Virus record (IMG/VR): IMGVR_UViG_3300022670_000197
Coordinates: 1 to 47,589 of that record
DNA from: a virus
Taxonomy: Duplodnaviria; Caudoviricetes
DNA length: 47,589 bases
Direction: 5' to 3' (one strand)
Part shown: one piece after another, positions 28,003 through 37,839 of the stretch
Layout: every line of letters starts with the position of its first letter
Numbering within the stretch: the stretch's first letter is position 1
Notes under the pieces: generated by a model
Database searches by the model: none
The model's input: the letters and a program-made list of their open reading frames with translations, nothing else
Told to the model about the DNA's origin: nothing
Made by a program: the position numbers and the translations under genes

Positions 28003-29913
28003 ATGGCAGATGAAAATACCGCAACTAACAAAGATGATATTGTCGCACTAGCAGCAGATGATAAAATATTTGCTGACGATGCCAGCGCCGCGGGTGTAAC
28101 AAAGTCAACTACCCCTGCGCAGATAGCCACATTTTCTGAGCAGAATCCCACTAACATGGTGCTGGATAATAAAATAAATACTTATGGTGAGTTTAAACAA
28201 ACATTCAACCCGAACGCCACGAATGCCGGGATTAATTTAGGAAGTCATACAGCTGACCCATCAAGCGGGGTAAATGGTGATACTTTTTATCTGTCCACAA
28301 CAGAAAAATTTCGCGGTTATGAAAATGGATCATGGCAAAATTTAATCGGCACGGGTTCCGTTGCGGAGCTAAATGATATTGGTGATGTGACAATTACCAC
28401 AGTTGCAACCGGCGAAGTAATCAAATGGAGCGGGTCAGCATGGATAAATAATACCTTGGCTGAGGCTGGAATACAGGAGATTTTAAGCGGCGCAACGATA
28501 ACTGCCGTTACGGTTGCTGGTACAGATAAGGTTTTGCTACAGGACGTTAGTGACTCGGATAATCTAAAAACAGTCACAGCCCAGGCGATAGCTGACTTGG
28601 GGGCGGGTGGTGTTCCGACTACAATAACTGTTGCGAATGAGGCGACAGACACAAGTTGTTTTATTTGCTTTTTCACAGCAGCTACGGGAGATTTGGGACC
28701 AAAAACAACTACCAACCTAACATACAATAGTAGCACCGGGGCACTTGGTATAACTGGTGCTTTGACTGTAGATAACCTAACCATAAACGGCAACACAATT
28801 TCTGCTGGTACAGGAGCGGTAAATATTACCCCTGCGGCTGGTTCGGCAATTGTCCTGGACGGCACTATTAGCGTAGATGCTGGGGTTATTACGGGCGCAA
28901 CATCTATTACCTCGACTGCATTTGTCGGAGCCTTGACTGGAAACGCTGACACAGCAACAGCACTGGAAACCGTCCGTACAATTGGCGGAGTAAGTTTCGA
29001 CGGTACTAGTAATATAGTACCCGATACCATTACAGCTGCTAACGAGGCGACGGATACAACTTGTTTCTTAGCATTTGTAACAGCGGCTACGGGCGATCTA
29101 CAGCCTAAAACCAACACCAATCTTGCATATAATAGCAACACTGGGGCTCTCGCTATAACCGGAGCATTGGCAGTTGATAATATTAGCACGAATGGCAACA
29201 CGATTACCGCAACAACTGGCGCATTAAATTTAACACCAGCCGGAGGATCGGCTATAGTTTTAGATGGAACTATTAATGTTGATGCCGGTGTGGTAACTGG
29301 AGCCACTTCTATAACTTCAACGGCGTTTGTAGGGGCGTTAACAGGGAACGCGGATACAGCCACAGCATTGGAGACAGCCCGAACTATCGGCGGCGTAAGT
29401 TTTGATGGTACGGCTAATATAATTCCAAATATAGTAACAGACACGACGCCGCAATTGGGCGGGGTCTTAGATTGCAACGGCAAAAACCAGACAGACGTTC
29501 AAGAGCTAAGAATCGACGCCACACCAGACGCAGACCATACTGCTACAGGATTGACAACCAATACTATTGCCGCCGGAGCTACAATAGCAATTGGTGAATT
29601 ATGTTACCTTGGAAGTGGTGGTAAATGGCTGCTTACAGACGCAGACGCAGAAGCTACGGCAACAGGCATGCTGGGGATATCTGTAGAGGCTCAGACTGAC
29701 ACCAACCCCATGATTACAGCGCTGGCCGGTAGTTTTGTACGTGATGATACTTATGCCTGGACGGTAGGAGCGGAGCTGTATGTAGGGACAACGCCAGGTG
29801 CAATTGTCGAAACGGCGCCATCGGGCAGTGCTGATATTGTAAGGGTTATTGGTTATGCTGTTTCTGCTGATGTTATTTACTTCCTGCCAAGTGGTTCATG
29901 GGCGGAGGTATAA
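28003..29913 (+). CDS. Long tail fibre with internal 135-aa duplication
   Basis: LNDIGDVTI, GNADTATALETARTIGGVSFDGT, DTTPQLGGVLD fibre motifs. Confidence 0.8.
   Translation: MADENTATNKDDIVALAADDKIFADDASAAGVTKSTTPAQIATFSEQNPTNMVLDNKINTYGEFKQTFNPNATNAGINLGSHTADPSSGVNGDTFYLSTTEKFRGYENGSWQNLIGTGSVAELNDIGDVTITTVATGEVIKWSGSAWINNTLAEAGIQEILSGATITAVTVAGTDKVLLQDVSDSDNLKTVTAQAIADLGAGGVPTTITVANEATDTSCFICFFTAATGDLGPKTTTNLTYNSSTGALGITGALTVDNLTINGNTISAGTGAVNITPAAGSAIVLDGTISVDAGVITGATSITSTAFVGALTGNADTATALETVRTIGGVSFDGTSNIVPDTITAANEATDTTCFLAFVTAATGDLQPKTNTNLAYNSNTGALAITGALAVDNISTNGNTITATTGALNLTPAGGSAIVLDGTINVDAGVVTGATSITSTAFVGALTGNADTATALETARTIGGVSFDGTANIIPNIVTDTTPQLGGVLDCNGKNQTDVQELRIDATPDADHTATGLTTNTIAAGATIAIGELCYLGSGGKWLLTDADAEATATGMLGISVEAQTDTNPMITALAGSFVRDDTYAWTVGAELYVGTTPGAIVETAPSGSADIVRVIGYAVSADVIYFLPSGSWAEV
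28621..29430 (+). repeat. Two tandem ~405-bp diverged repeats within the fibre gene
   Basis: TIT(V/A)ANEATDT..GGVSFDGT(S/A)NI(V/I)P unit begins at 28621 and 29026. Confidence 0.9.
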
Positions 29914-30177
29914 ATGGTTGATCTAGCAAAAGTCAACGGTGTTGCAATCGGGAGCCTATCAAAGATTGTAGGTGTTGCAAAAGGAAGTTTGTCAAAGTTT
30001 TTAAACTTAACATTGCCGAGCGGCGCAACGCCTGGACTTACAGCAAACTCCGTTCAAGGTGTGTTCGGAGAATTTGAGGCGGTGCTTGATAATACAGTAA
30101 CTAACACACAAAATCAGATACAAGGCGTGTTTGGTGAATTTACGTATGTAATTGATAACTCGAATGTAGGATTATAA
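29914..30177 (+). CDS. Small virion protein with KVNGV-type and QGVFGEF repeats
   Basis: LAKVNGVAIGSLSKIVGVAKGSLSK; QGVFGEF twice. Confidence 0.65.
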   Translation: MVDLAKVNGVAIGSLSKIVGVAKGSLSKFLNLTLPSGATPGLTANSVQGVFGEFEAVLDNTVTNTQNQIQGVFGEFTYVIDNSNVGL

Positions 30178-32111
30178 TGACTTGGAAAGATATTGCAGAT
30201 AACACGCCGGCTACAATGGCCGACTGGAACACAGCCATTGAATCATCTGGGCTGCATGTCAAGTGGGATGAGCAGTTACGTGAAATTAAGGATATGGCTG
30301 TCGTGGGGCTCGATACCCTCAATAGGGATTTAGCCAAAGCGCAAGCGTCTTCGACAAGTGAGTATAAAGAGTATCAGGATGGAACTTTCGGGGTGGTTAG
30401 CCGCGCCGATGACCGCACAGAAGAAATTGAAATATTAGAAAACAGAATTGTACGCAAAAGGTCTGTTATAGAACTTTGCTGGCAAGAAGCTCGCGTACGG
30501 AAGGCGTTACGCAAACAAGGCAAGGTATTCCCTGAAACCCCAGATAAATACAAGCGCACCGATGAGGTGCTTGATGTTGAAGATGATGACGATTTGCCTA
30601 TACCACCCCCTGTTGACCGTAACCCGGTTGGTACAACTTATTATATTGATACTGATAATGGCAGCGATGCAGCAGATGGTCTTTCTACTGGTAATGCGTG
30701 GCAGTTTCTTAAAAAATATCTTGAGGACACGGTAAGAAGTGTGGGCGATATAGCTATTCTTCGTAGAGGCATGACAGGTATTTATTCGGCTAGCGATGCA
30801 GTTGTAAGTCAAGATGAATCTGGAACGTTACTTAATATGATAACAGCTGAGGCTGATTTTGATAACGCCTTTAGTGATGACGTTGATCTATCTGTGACAG
30901 CTACGGCAACTATTGCATTCGGTAGTAAGACTATTACATATAGTTCGGATATTTCTGGCGTGTTGGCTGCTGGTGACTGGATTTATGAGGTTAATGACGA
31001 CCAAAGAGAATTTTCTTACGAGGTAAAAACTGTATCGACAGTAACGGTAACGCTTTACTTGCCTTACAAGGGTGGTAATGCAGGTAGTGGCAAAGCCACA
31101 ACGAATATGCAGGCCAATCCTGTATGGGGAACTACTAGTTATACTACGGGTTTTTTGCAACAGGCTAGTTTTAGTAAATATCAGGGCATAACCGTTAGGA
31201 GTAATGACGGTTCGTTCGTGCTTACTGGTAGTTCTGGATGCATTATAAAGGATTGCGTAACAACTGGCGGCTCTTCTTCAACAAATGACGGGTTGAGGAT
31301 GACGGGTAATTCAGGGTTGTTACTGAAATGTAGAAGTGAAAGTGTAGACGAGGCTCTTTCGACAGCTATACAGGTGGTTGCCAAGGACTGTCTGTTAGAC
31401 GCTAATTCGAGCGGTGGTGTAGTATTGGCCAGCGTTGGTGCAGGTGATATAATAGACTGCACAAACGCTGTCGGAGCTTATATCAGTGATGACAGTAGTG
31501 GGGCATCGAGGCTTAGGAACTGCAGCTTTACAGGAGGAACCGCAGATTATAATATTAGTAGTGCAACGGGAAACACGCTATTTAAGCATGAGGATTTTGG
31601 TCAAACAAGCTTAAGTACAAAAGTAATAGATATAAGTTTTGAAGATGGGGTGATGACTTCTGCTGTATATATATTAGAGTCGGACACTGGCACTGTGCGT
31701 TCCGGTGGAAATAATACATCAATTAAAGTGACACCCACGGCGGCTATGACAGCGGCGCACGAATTAGGGTTTGTTCAGGTTGTTGAACTCAGTATCTACG
31801 CAAGCACGTCATCTAAGACGTATACTATGTATGTCAAGTCAAATGCAACAGCCAATTGGACAGCAGACCCGACGGCAGCGGAGCTTGTTCTTGAGTTTGA
31901 GGCTTGGGGTGATGCGGGAGCTACCGCACGACTGATAACAAAATCCAGCTCCGTTGCAGACTTTAACGGCACGACTGACTGGATTGCGTTGGCGGTAACT
32001 GTGGCACCGGCGGCGGCGGGTGTGGGTTATTTACGTTTACGATATGGCAAGACTAAAGAGAGCGGAAAGAGCAACGTGTTCTTTGTTGACCCGTTAGTAG
32101 TGGTTTCTTAA
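30177..32111 (+). CDS. Beta-helix (tailspike/depolymerase-like) protein with helical N-terminal domain
   Basis: TTYYIDTDNGSDAADGLS..VGDIAILRRG cap followed by beta-helix coils. Confidence 0.65.
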   Translation: MTWKDIADNTPATMADWNTAIESSGLHVKWDEQLREIKDMAVVGLDTLNRDLAKAQASSTSEYKEYQDGTFGVVSRADDRTEEIEILENRIVRKRSVIELCWQEARVRKALRKQGKVFPETPDKYKRTDEVLDVEDDDDLPIPPPVDRNPVGTTYYIDTDNGSDAADGLSTGNAWQFLKKYLEDTVRSVGDIAILRRGMTGIYSASDAVVSQDESGTLLNMITAEADFDNAFSDDVDLSVTATATIAFGSKTITYSSDISGVLAAGDWIYEVNDDQREFSYEVKTVSTVTVTLYLPYKGGNAGSGKATTNMQANPVWGTTSYTTGFLQQASFSKYQGITVRSNDGSFVLTGSSGCIIKDCVTTGGSSSTNDGLRMTGNSGLLLKCRSESVDEALSTAIQVVAKDCLLDANSSGGVVLASVGAGDIIDCTNAVGAYISDDSSGASRLRNCSFTGGTADYNISSATGNTLFKHEDFGQTSLSTKVIDISFEDGVMTSAVYILESDTGTVRSGGNNTSIKVTPTAAMTAAHELGFVQVVELSIYASTSSKTYTMYVKSNATANWTADPTAAELVLEFEAWGDAGATARLITKSSSVADFNGTTDWIALAVTVAPAAAGVGYLRLRYGKTKESGKSNVFFVDPLVVVS

Positions 32112-32149
32112 GAAAAATGTTACTGAAATATTAACAGGAGTATGATACA

Positions 32150-32269
32150 ATGGCAAGACGTACCAAAAAAGGGGTAGATACCCTGCGCAAAGCGTTAGGC
32201 GCGAAGGTGCCCCCCCCTCCCAAGAGAGACAAAGGCAGATTTAAGAGAAGAAAGGTTTTGAAAACTTAA
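32150..32269 (+). CDS. 39-aa cationic peptide (not in ORF track)
   Basis: AGGAG RBS; MARRTKKGVDTLRKALGAKVPPPPKRDKGRFKRRKVLKT; TAATG-coupled to next gene. Confidence 0.55.
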   Translation: MARRTKKGVDTLRKALGAKVPPPPKRDKGRFKRRKVLKT

Positions 32270-32544
32270 TGGTCACATACATCCTAGCATTCATAATTTG
32301 CTTCTCGTTTATAGCCCCATTGGTTGGCGCTCATTTTCTAACGGATCTAGGCATCGATCATTTATTTACACTTTGCGGCTATTTTATCCACATCTCAATG
32401 GCAACATTATTGTGGCGGGCTACAAAAGAAATGTTTATAAAAATGTTGTGCCTTATTGTGATAGTTGGATGTTTTTTATTTATGTTCAATTATATTATAG
32501 GTATACTTGCCGCTAAATCCGTATTTGAGTATGTAATGCCATGA
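32269..32544 (+). CDS. 3-TM membrane protein, holin candidate
   Basis: Three hydrophobic segments; upstream of endolysin. Confidence 0.5.
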   Translation: MVTYILAFIICFSFIAPLVGAHFLTDLGIDHLFTLCGYFIHISMATLLWRATKEMFIKMLCLIVIVGCFLFMFNYIIGILAAKSVFEYVMP

Positions 32545-32795
32545 GCCAAAAACTCCTTATTCAAGTTTTGTTGTCAGCCGTTGCTTTCTTTGCCGGTTTA
32601 GTTTTATTGGATATACATGCAAGCGTTAAGAATACTGAGAGGTTAGTAATTGCAGTTGCCGTGCTGCAAACGGAACACGAAGGGTTTAAGGCGGAACATA
32701 AGGTGTTTCAGGCGTTCGGGGACGATATCGAAGGTTTAAAAGCTACCCAAGCTAAATTGATAGACTGGAAGCAAAGAGTTGAGGAAAATAACTAG
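32541..32795 (+). CDS. TM + coiled-coil lysis-region protein (holin/antiholin candidate)
   Basis: One N-terminal TM then coiled coil; overlaps endolysin start. Confidence 0.5.
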   Translation: MSQKLLIQVLLSAVAFFAGLVLLDIHASVKNTERLVIAVAVLQTEHEGFKAEHKVFQAFGDDIEGLKATQAKLIDWKQRVEENN

Positions 32796-33219
32796 ATTAA
32801 TCGTGCATTGCAGCGCCACACCTAACAACCGGGATGTAACGGTTGAGCAAATACGCAAATGGCATAAGCAACGTGGATGGTCAGATATTGGCTACCATTA
32901 TGTTATCTATCGCAATGGTCAGATGTACTCAGGCCGTCCGGTGCCTATAATAGGGGCCCACTGTAGGGGTTACAACGAGGACAGCATAGGTGTTTGCCTG
33001 ATAGGTGCTGATGAATTTAAACCTGAGCAGTTTCGTATGCTGAGAAATCTTTATGCAATGTTGCAAAATATCGTCCTGGATATAAGTATACATGGACATA
33101 GAGAATTCAACGACAATAAAACCTGTCCAAATTTTGATGTAAAGGAGGTTATCAGTGAATCCAGAAAAGAAAATAAAATACAAAAAATTGAAGCCGGGTA
33201 TGAAATACTCAGTACTTGA
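32779..33219 (+). CDS. Endolysin, N-acetylmuramoyl-L-alanine amidase (Amidase_2, T7 lysozyme-like)
   Basis: IVHCSAT..WHKQRGWSDIGYHYVI..GAHCRGYN..GHREF..KTCPNFDV. Confidence 0.95.
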   Translation: MRKITRLIVHCSATPNNRDVTVEQIRKWHKQRGWSDIGYHYVIYRNGQMYSGRPVPIIGAHCRGYNEDSIGVCLIGADEFKPEQFRMLRNLYAMLQNIVLDISIHGHREFNDNKTCPNFDVKEVISESRKENKIQKIEAGYEILST

Positions 33220-33580
33220 GATATTTTGCGTAAAAACCGGAATTAAGCCGCTTTGTATAAAAACACGCACTAGCAAGGCTCTCAAGATGGATTTTAGTTA
33301 TTTGGACACAGACGGTATATTGACCATTTACCAAGGCTTTCCATGGGACGGAGCGACGGGCGCAATCGACACAGAGGATTTTATGCGCGGCTCATGCGTA
33401 CACGACTTCTTCTGTAACGCTATTGACGAGCGGCTTCTATCTGTAGATTTTCGTGAGCCGGCCGATCATCTTTTATTTAAGCTTCTAGTGGAGGATGGTA
33501 TGCCATTGGCTCGTGCTGAATTGGTGCTCACAACCGTTTTAGCTGTTGGGAAGATCAAGCATAAGTACTTTGTCTTCTAG
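33155..33580 (+). CDS. DUF1353-like protein
   Basis: GFPWDGAT..GSCVHDFF..READHL-like C-terminal motif (REPADHL). Confidence 0.65.
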   Translation: MNPEKKIKYKKLKPGMKYSVLEIFCVKTGIKPLCIKTRTSKALKMDFSYLDTDGILTIYQGFPWDGATGAIDTEDFMRGSCVHDFFCNAIDERLLSVDFREPADHLLFKLLVEDGMPLARAELVLTTVLAVGKIKHKYFVF

Positions 33581-33778
33581 CTCTCTCTCTTTGCGCTTAA
33601 CCTCACGCATGAGAAACTCAATTGCTCCTTGCATGATTAGCACTTCGCCATAATAACCACTTATCCAGACTTTCCCCTCTTTAAAAGTGGCTGAATAGCC
33701 TCTACTTGCGAGGTATTCAACAATACCAGCAGCCCCTCCTTGGGTTAGTTTTTTTGGTCGTGTGTTTCTCATATCCAT
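33539..33778 (-). CDS. Hypothetical protein
   Basis: Last gene of the leftward early operon. Confidence 0.55.
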   Translation of the reverse strand: MDMRNTRPKKLTQGGAAGIVEYLASRGYSATFKEGKVWISGYYGEVLIMQGAIEFLMREVKRKERELEDKVLMLDLPNS

Positions 33779-33779
33779 T

Positions 33780-34154
33780 TTAGCCCTCTCTATTTAAGTT
33801 ATCTTCGTAAACCTCCAAGTCGGCTTCGTTTGGTAGGGGGATTTCTAAGCCCAAATTCATGGCAGCATATGCCCTAGCTTCCTCCATTTTTTCCTCAAAC
33901 TCTTTTGTTGATGAAAAACGTAGGGGTTCTACTCTTGTAACTTGGAGACCCCCAGCAACTAAGAACCTATCAACCATCCTCCATGCTTTATCTTTGATAA
34001 AGAAATCAATGTCCTTTACTGAAAGCATGGGAAGTTGAATCCTTGTTTTCTCGTTTGCCTTGGTTATCTCCCCGTTAATCTTATCCCGATAAGCTTTGAC
34101 AATTACGCCAAAACGGTAACGGTTCTGTGCGTTTGATCGCTTTTTATCCGTCAT
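33780..34154 (-). CDS. NinB/Orf-like recombination-associated protein
   Basis: KRSNAQNRY..STKEFEEKME..GLEIPLP. Confidence 0.55.
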   Translation of the reverse strand: MTDKKRSNAQNRYRFGVIVKAYRDKINGEITKANEKTRIQLPMLSVKDIDFFIKDKAWRMVDRFLVAGGLQVTRVEPLRFSSTKEFEEKMEEARAYAAMNLGLEIPLPNEADLEVYEDNLNREG

Positions 34155-34268
34155 CTCCCCTCCTCCGACTCTGCCACTGCTTCTTTTTCTTTGCCGCTCT
34201 CCTGACGTTCGGAAAGATCAGCCATGTTATCCCATACTCTATTTTCTGGAATATTCTCAACCATCTAT

Positions 34269-34520
34269 TCATTCCCAGCCCCTCCTCTCCAATATCTCCA
34301 ACGTCTTGAAACTCATCACATCAAGTTTGTTACGTGCCAGCTTTAAGTCACGATCTGGAGAATTTATCAATACGGAGGTTGTTAATGTGTGTATAATTGC
34401 CAGCACCTCCTCGCCCTCCATGCCTATAAGATGCATACCGATTTCTCTTGCTTTGATATCAAGAGCAAGCTGTTTAGCATCCGAATTAGTCTTTTCGTTT
34501 TTCATGGTCTCCCCTTTCAA
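34269..34520 (-). CDS. Hypothetical protein
   Basis: ORF in leftward operon. Confidence 0.6.
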   Translation of the reverse strand: MKGETMKNEKTNSDAKQLALDIKAREIGMHLIGMEGEEVLAIIHTLTTSVLINSPDRDLKLARNKLDVMSFKTLEILERRGWE

Positions 34521-34529
34521 TTTGAGTTA

Positions 34530-35543
34530 TTAAAAATTAATGCTTACAGATTTAACTCTATGCATACGGATAGCTTCAATTGCTTTTGCAGCTTGCTGAA
34601 AATCAACACCAGCATCAACCAGGTCTTGAACAGCCGCCCCTATTACCTTTCCTTTATGCTCCTCATCAGCTTCACGTTTAGCAACCTCTTCACGTTTAGT
34701 TTTTTCGATCGCTTCTACACGTTTACGCTCTAGCTCCACGGCCTCCTGCGTTTTACGTTCGGCCTCAATCTTATCCGCCTCTGCTTTACGTTCGGCCTCA
34801 ATTTCCGCATCTTTGACTCGTTGCTCGGCCTCCTGCGTTTTGCGTTCGGCCTCCTCTTTCTCCCTAATAAGGCATAGCTTTTCTACCTCAACCTTTTGGA
34901 TCGCGGCTCTTTTTATTTCTTCTTCACGCTCTTTCTGTTTACGTTCCTCAACCTCCTTTCTTAATCTCTCTAATTCTTTTTGCTCCTCATCATAAGCATT
35001 GCGTTTTTCCATGGCTTCATTGATCCTTTTCTCAGCCTCGAGGATGGTTTTAATGGCCTTACTTTGGAACTCCTCCCAATCACGCGTCTTAAAGTCGCCA
35101 ACGTATACTAATCCTTCCTTAAGTGTTTCAATACTGAGGGTGTGCCAATGTGCAAGACAATCATTCCCGTGCTCAAAAATATAGTTTATTTTATCCCCGT
35201 GGTTGGCTTTACGTGCGTCATCTTTGTCCTCCCAATCGGTGAGAGGTTTTCTAACCTCATCCCTCAAGGCATCAAGTTCGTCACGTAGGCGTTTACGTTC
35301 AGCATCTACCAGTTTTGACTTTGCCTTCCATTCAGAAACAAGATCTTTCCCTAAGTCATCAAGCGCGGTTTTTGAGCGTTTTATCTTATAAACGAAAGAT
35401 TTTAATTCTTTCCTGCCTTCCTCGGTTGAGATGTCAGATTTAAAATCTGCGGCCTTTTTCTTAATATCCGCAAGAATCGGATCTATGCCTTTATCTGCAA
35501 ATATTGCTGGTGTTAGTTCTTGTATTACGATTAAGTCCTTCAT
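34530..35543 (-). CDS. Conserved phage coiled-coil protein
   Basis: DISTEEGRKEL..SKTALDDLGKDLV..LRDEVRKPLTDWE; EAERKTQEA repeats. Confidence 0.75.
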   Translation of the reverse strand: MKDLIVIQELTPAIFADKGIDPILADIKKKAADFKSDISTEEGRKELKSFVYKIKRSKTALDDLGKDLVSEWKAKSKLVDAERKRLRDELDALRDEVRKPLTDWEDKDDARKANHGDKINYIFEHGNDCLAHWHTLSIETLKEGLVYVGDFKTRDWEEFQSKAIKTILEAEKRINEAMEKRNAYDEEQKELERLRKEVEERKQKEREEEIKRAAIQKVEVEKLCLIREKEEAERKTQEAEQRVKDAEIEAERKAEADKIEAERKTQEAVELERKRVEAIEKTKREEVAKREADEEHKGKVIGAAVQDLVDAGVDFQQAAKAIEAIRMHRVKSVSINF

Positions 35544-35567
35544 GTTATTCTTCCTTTTTGAGTTAAG

Positions 35568-36167
35568 TTATAAGTGCTTTAATATATCAATTTGGTAGGC
35601 GTTTAGTTTTTCCAACCCTTTGGCCAGACATTCAATAAATTCATCATCCCGGTACACACGAATAAGAAACAGCTTCTTATCAGCAATAAAGTTAGGATGG
35701 AAGCTAACAAAATCACACCATTTACGCCCCGATACATAAAGCCCCCCTTGCACTTGCGCTACATATTCTGTTGGTAGTTTGTTGTTATATAAATACTTCG
35801 TGTGCGTCTTTTGATTAGGACACTTAAACTCAACCAAACCATCATCACCAACAAGCCCGTCTGGAGAATAGCCGTAAAAATCATTCTTCATAAAGCCCAC
35901 CTCCTTAACAAGTGACAAGGTGTGTTGTTGGTAGGCGTTCCGAGCATCTGGCTCCAAATCATTACCACGCTGCATATCAGCACTTTTATATGATTCGTCT
36001 TGAAGGTCGGTTATAGTTTCGCTTACCAACTGAAAGGCGTAGTCACGTAGCTGCTCGCTTATCTTCCCTTTAGTAGTAACTATCTTAGAGAAATTACTAG
36101 CCGTTGCAACACCACGCCTCAACTGAAGCCACTTCTCAGAGCCTTGTTCGCAATCAAGTATCTGCAT
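35568..36167 (-). CDS. YqaJ / lambda-exonuclease family 5'-3' exonuclease
   Basis: QGSEKWLQLRRGVATASNF..RGNDLEP..YSPDGLV..EFKCP..QVQGGL. Confidence 0.92.
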   Translation of the reverse strand: MQILDCEQGSEKWLQLRRGVATASNFSKIVTTKGKISEQLRDYAFQLVSETITDLQDESYKSADMQRGNDLEPDARNAYQQHTLSLVKEVGFMKNDFYGYSPDGLVGDDGLVEFKCPNQKTHTKYLYNNKLPTEYVAQVQGGLYVSGRKWCDFVSFHPNFIADKKLFLIRVYRDDEFIECLAKGLEKLNAYQIDILKHL

Positions 36168-36702
36168 TTTCTTTCTCCGCCTTTAGTTCTTCCAGCCGCT
36201 TCATAAGCGCGGTAAACTTCGCAATAGGTAGTACAGCTAGAGAGGCAATCTGCATAAGTTCGCATATTTCATCAGGAGAACGCCCCGAACTATAAACCAG
36301 CTCGATTAACTCGGCTGCTTGTTCTTCGGATATAGTTTTAGTAACTAACTCACTTTGAGGAAGCTCTTTCACACGCAAGCAATCTACGCTTTGCCCTTTA
36401 ACCTTAACCTGAGAAAGAAACAGTTTTATCTTCATACCGTGGCAATCTTCCATGTAACTAGTACCAGTAGAGCGTAGGATTGACTGAGAGTTCGTCTCAT
36501 TGCATATAAACGGTTTTACAGGCTCTTCAAACCGAATAACTCTTTTGGCCTCAGAGGTGTTTATAATAGGGTTCTTAACCTCTTCCCATTGAGCGGATTT
36601 AATAGTTAATATTATGTCGCGCCCTTCTGGTAAATCCCAATGCCCTAGATAGTTCTTGTTAGGGTTTTGTAGCCAATGTGTCTTTGTTGGTTTATCACTC
36701 AT
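36154..36702 (-). CDS. Putative single-strand annealing/recombination partner of the exonuclease
   Basis: KTHW..NYLGHWDL family coupled to the exonuclease; function inferred from position. Confidence 0.5.
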   Translation of the reverse strand: MSDKPTKTHWLQNPNKNYLGHWDLPEGRDIILTIKSAQWEEVKNPIINTSEAKRVIRFEEPVKPFICNETNSQSILRSTGTSYMEDCHGMKIKLFLSQVKVKGQSVDCLRVKELPQSELVTKTISEEQAAELIELVYSSGRSPDEICELMQIASLAVLPIAKFTALMKRLEELKAEKENADT

Positions 36703-36838
36703 AATTTACCCCGCCAATATTACAAGTACAGCCCATAAGACCCCAGCAAAGCCAAGCCCGGCAAGTATCCCGCAAGGAACTTCTATCCGTTGTTTGGGGC
36801 TTAATTCCATCCATACATCACTTAGTTCAATCATTGCA

Positions 36839-37255
36839 TTAATCATCTTCGTTCTCCTTCATTGGTGCGATAAACTCTTTATTGCCTCGTTGCATTATCC
36901 TAGTAATGCTCCTCATTGTGCAGCCCATCCCGCCCTTGAGACCATCAAAGGTTTTAAAGAGACATGTAATGCTGTCTATTCCGATCTCAGCAATAAGATG
37001 AGGTGACTCCCCCATTAATACATAATCCCCCGCCTTAGGCTGAAAAATATCATAGCTGTCTGGGTGGATTACATATTCGTTATACGTAGGGCTTAAAGTT
37101 AAAGGGTCAATCTTGCCAAGCTCATCATTAACATGATAATGAATATCAATCTTATCTGTATGGCAATGTATACCTGGTGGCTCAAAATACTTAACCCCAA
37201 ATGCCCTAGCCATATAAGCCGCAGCCAACGGATCGTCATAATATAATTTACCCAT
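36839..37255 (-). CDS. Hypothetical protein
   Basis: YYDDPLAAAYMARAFGV. Confidence 0.65.
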   Translation of the reverse strand: MGKLYYDDPLAAAYMARAFGVKYFEPPGIHCHTDKIDIHYHVNDELGKIDPLTLSPTYNEYVIHPDSYDIFQPKAGDYVLMGESPHLIAEIGIDSITCLFKTFDGLKGGMGCTMRSITRIMQRGNKEFIAPMKENEDD

Positions 37256-37345
37256 CGTCTTTTTCCCTTTTTAGCGCTTCGACATATGCATCGACAGCTT
37301 TTGTTGTCTTAATAAGCTTCGCGTAATAATCGTCTACTATATTTT

Positions 37346-37549
37346 CTACTGTATTTTCGGTTGACATTTTTTCCTCCTGAATTGTTCGTCCTGAATTTCT
37401 AAAAGCGTCTCTGCGTCTTTTGTTACTTGCTCCTCCGCCTTAATATACCTTACTAACAAGTCTTTATCGACAGTAACTAGCTCGCTGTCTGACTGATTAA
37501 CGAGTCTCAGTATCTCATTTCTACAATGTGTTGCTTGTTTACTGTACAC
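37346..37549 (-). CDS. Hypothetical protein
   Basis: ORF in leftward operon. Confidence 0.55.
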   Translation of the reverse strand: MYSKQATHCRNEILRLVNQSDSELVTVDKDLLVRYIKAEEQVTKDAETLLEIQDEQFRRKKCQPKIQ

Positions 37550-37551
37550 GA

Positions 37552-37794
37552 TTAAACCCCTTTGCTATTTTCGATTTCCCAACGCAAGGCACTTAGAGTC
37601 TGACCGCCCTGCACTTCCCAACGTAACTCGCCTACGTCTTCGTTGATCTTAATTCTAAATTCCTCATAATGGCGAAGAGATCCCACGGCATCAAGCACCT
37701 CCATACTCTTTATTAGAAACTGGGTTGCCAGCTCGTCAAGTTGCTTTGAAGCGGCCTCTAAAAGATCGTCTAATGCTTGTGGTTGGTTATCCAT
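37552..37794 (-). CDS. Hypothetical protein, first gene of the leftward operon
   Basis: AAGGAGG RBS. Confidence 0.7.
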   Translation of the reverse strand: MDNQPQALDDLLEAASKQLDELATQFLIKSMEVLDAVGSLRHYEEFRIKINEDVGELRWEVQGGQTLSALRWEIENSKGV

Positions 37795-37839
37795 GTTATC
37801 CTCCTTTAATTGGATTTTAGTTAAGTTGTCAGTAACCCC

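Noticed and set aside
28317-29483. 388-aa minus-strand ORF and similar antisense ORFs in structural genes
   Set aside because: Shadow frames of Thr/Ala/Gly-rich plus-strand genes; no RBS or recognisable motif
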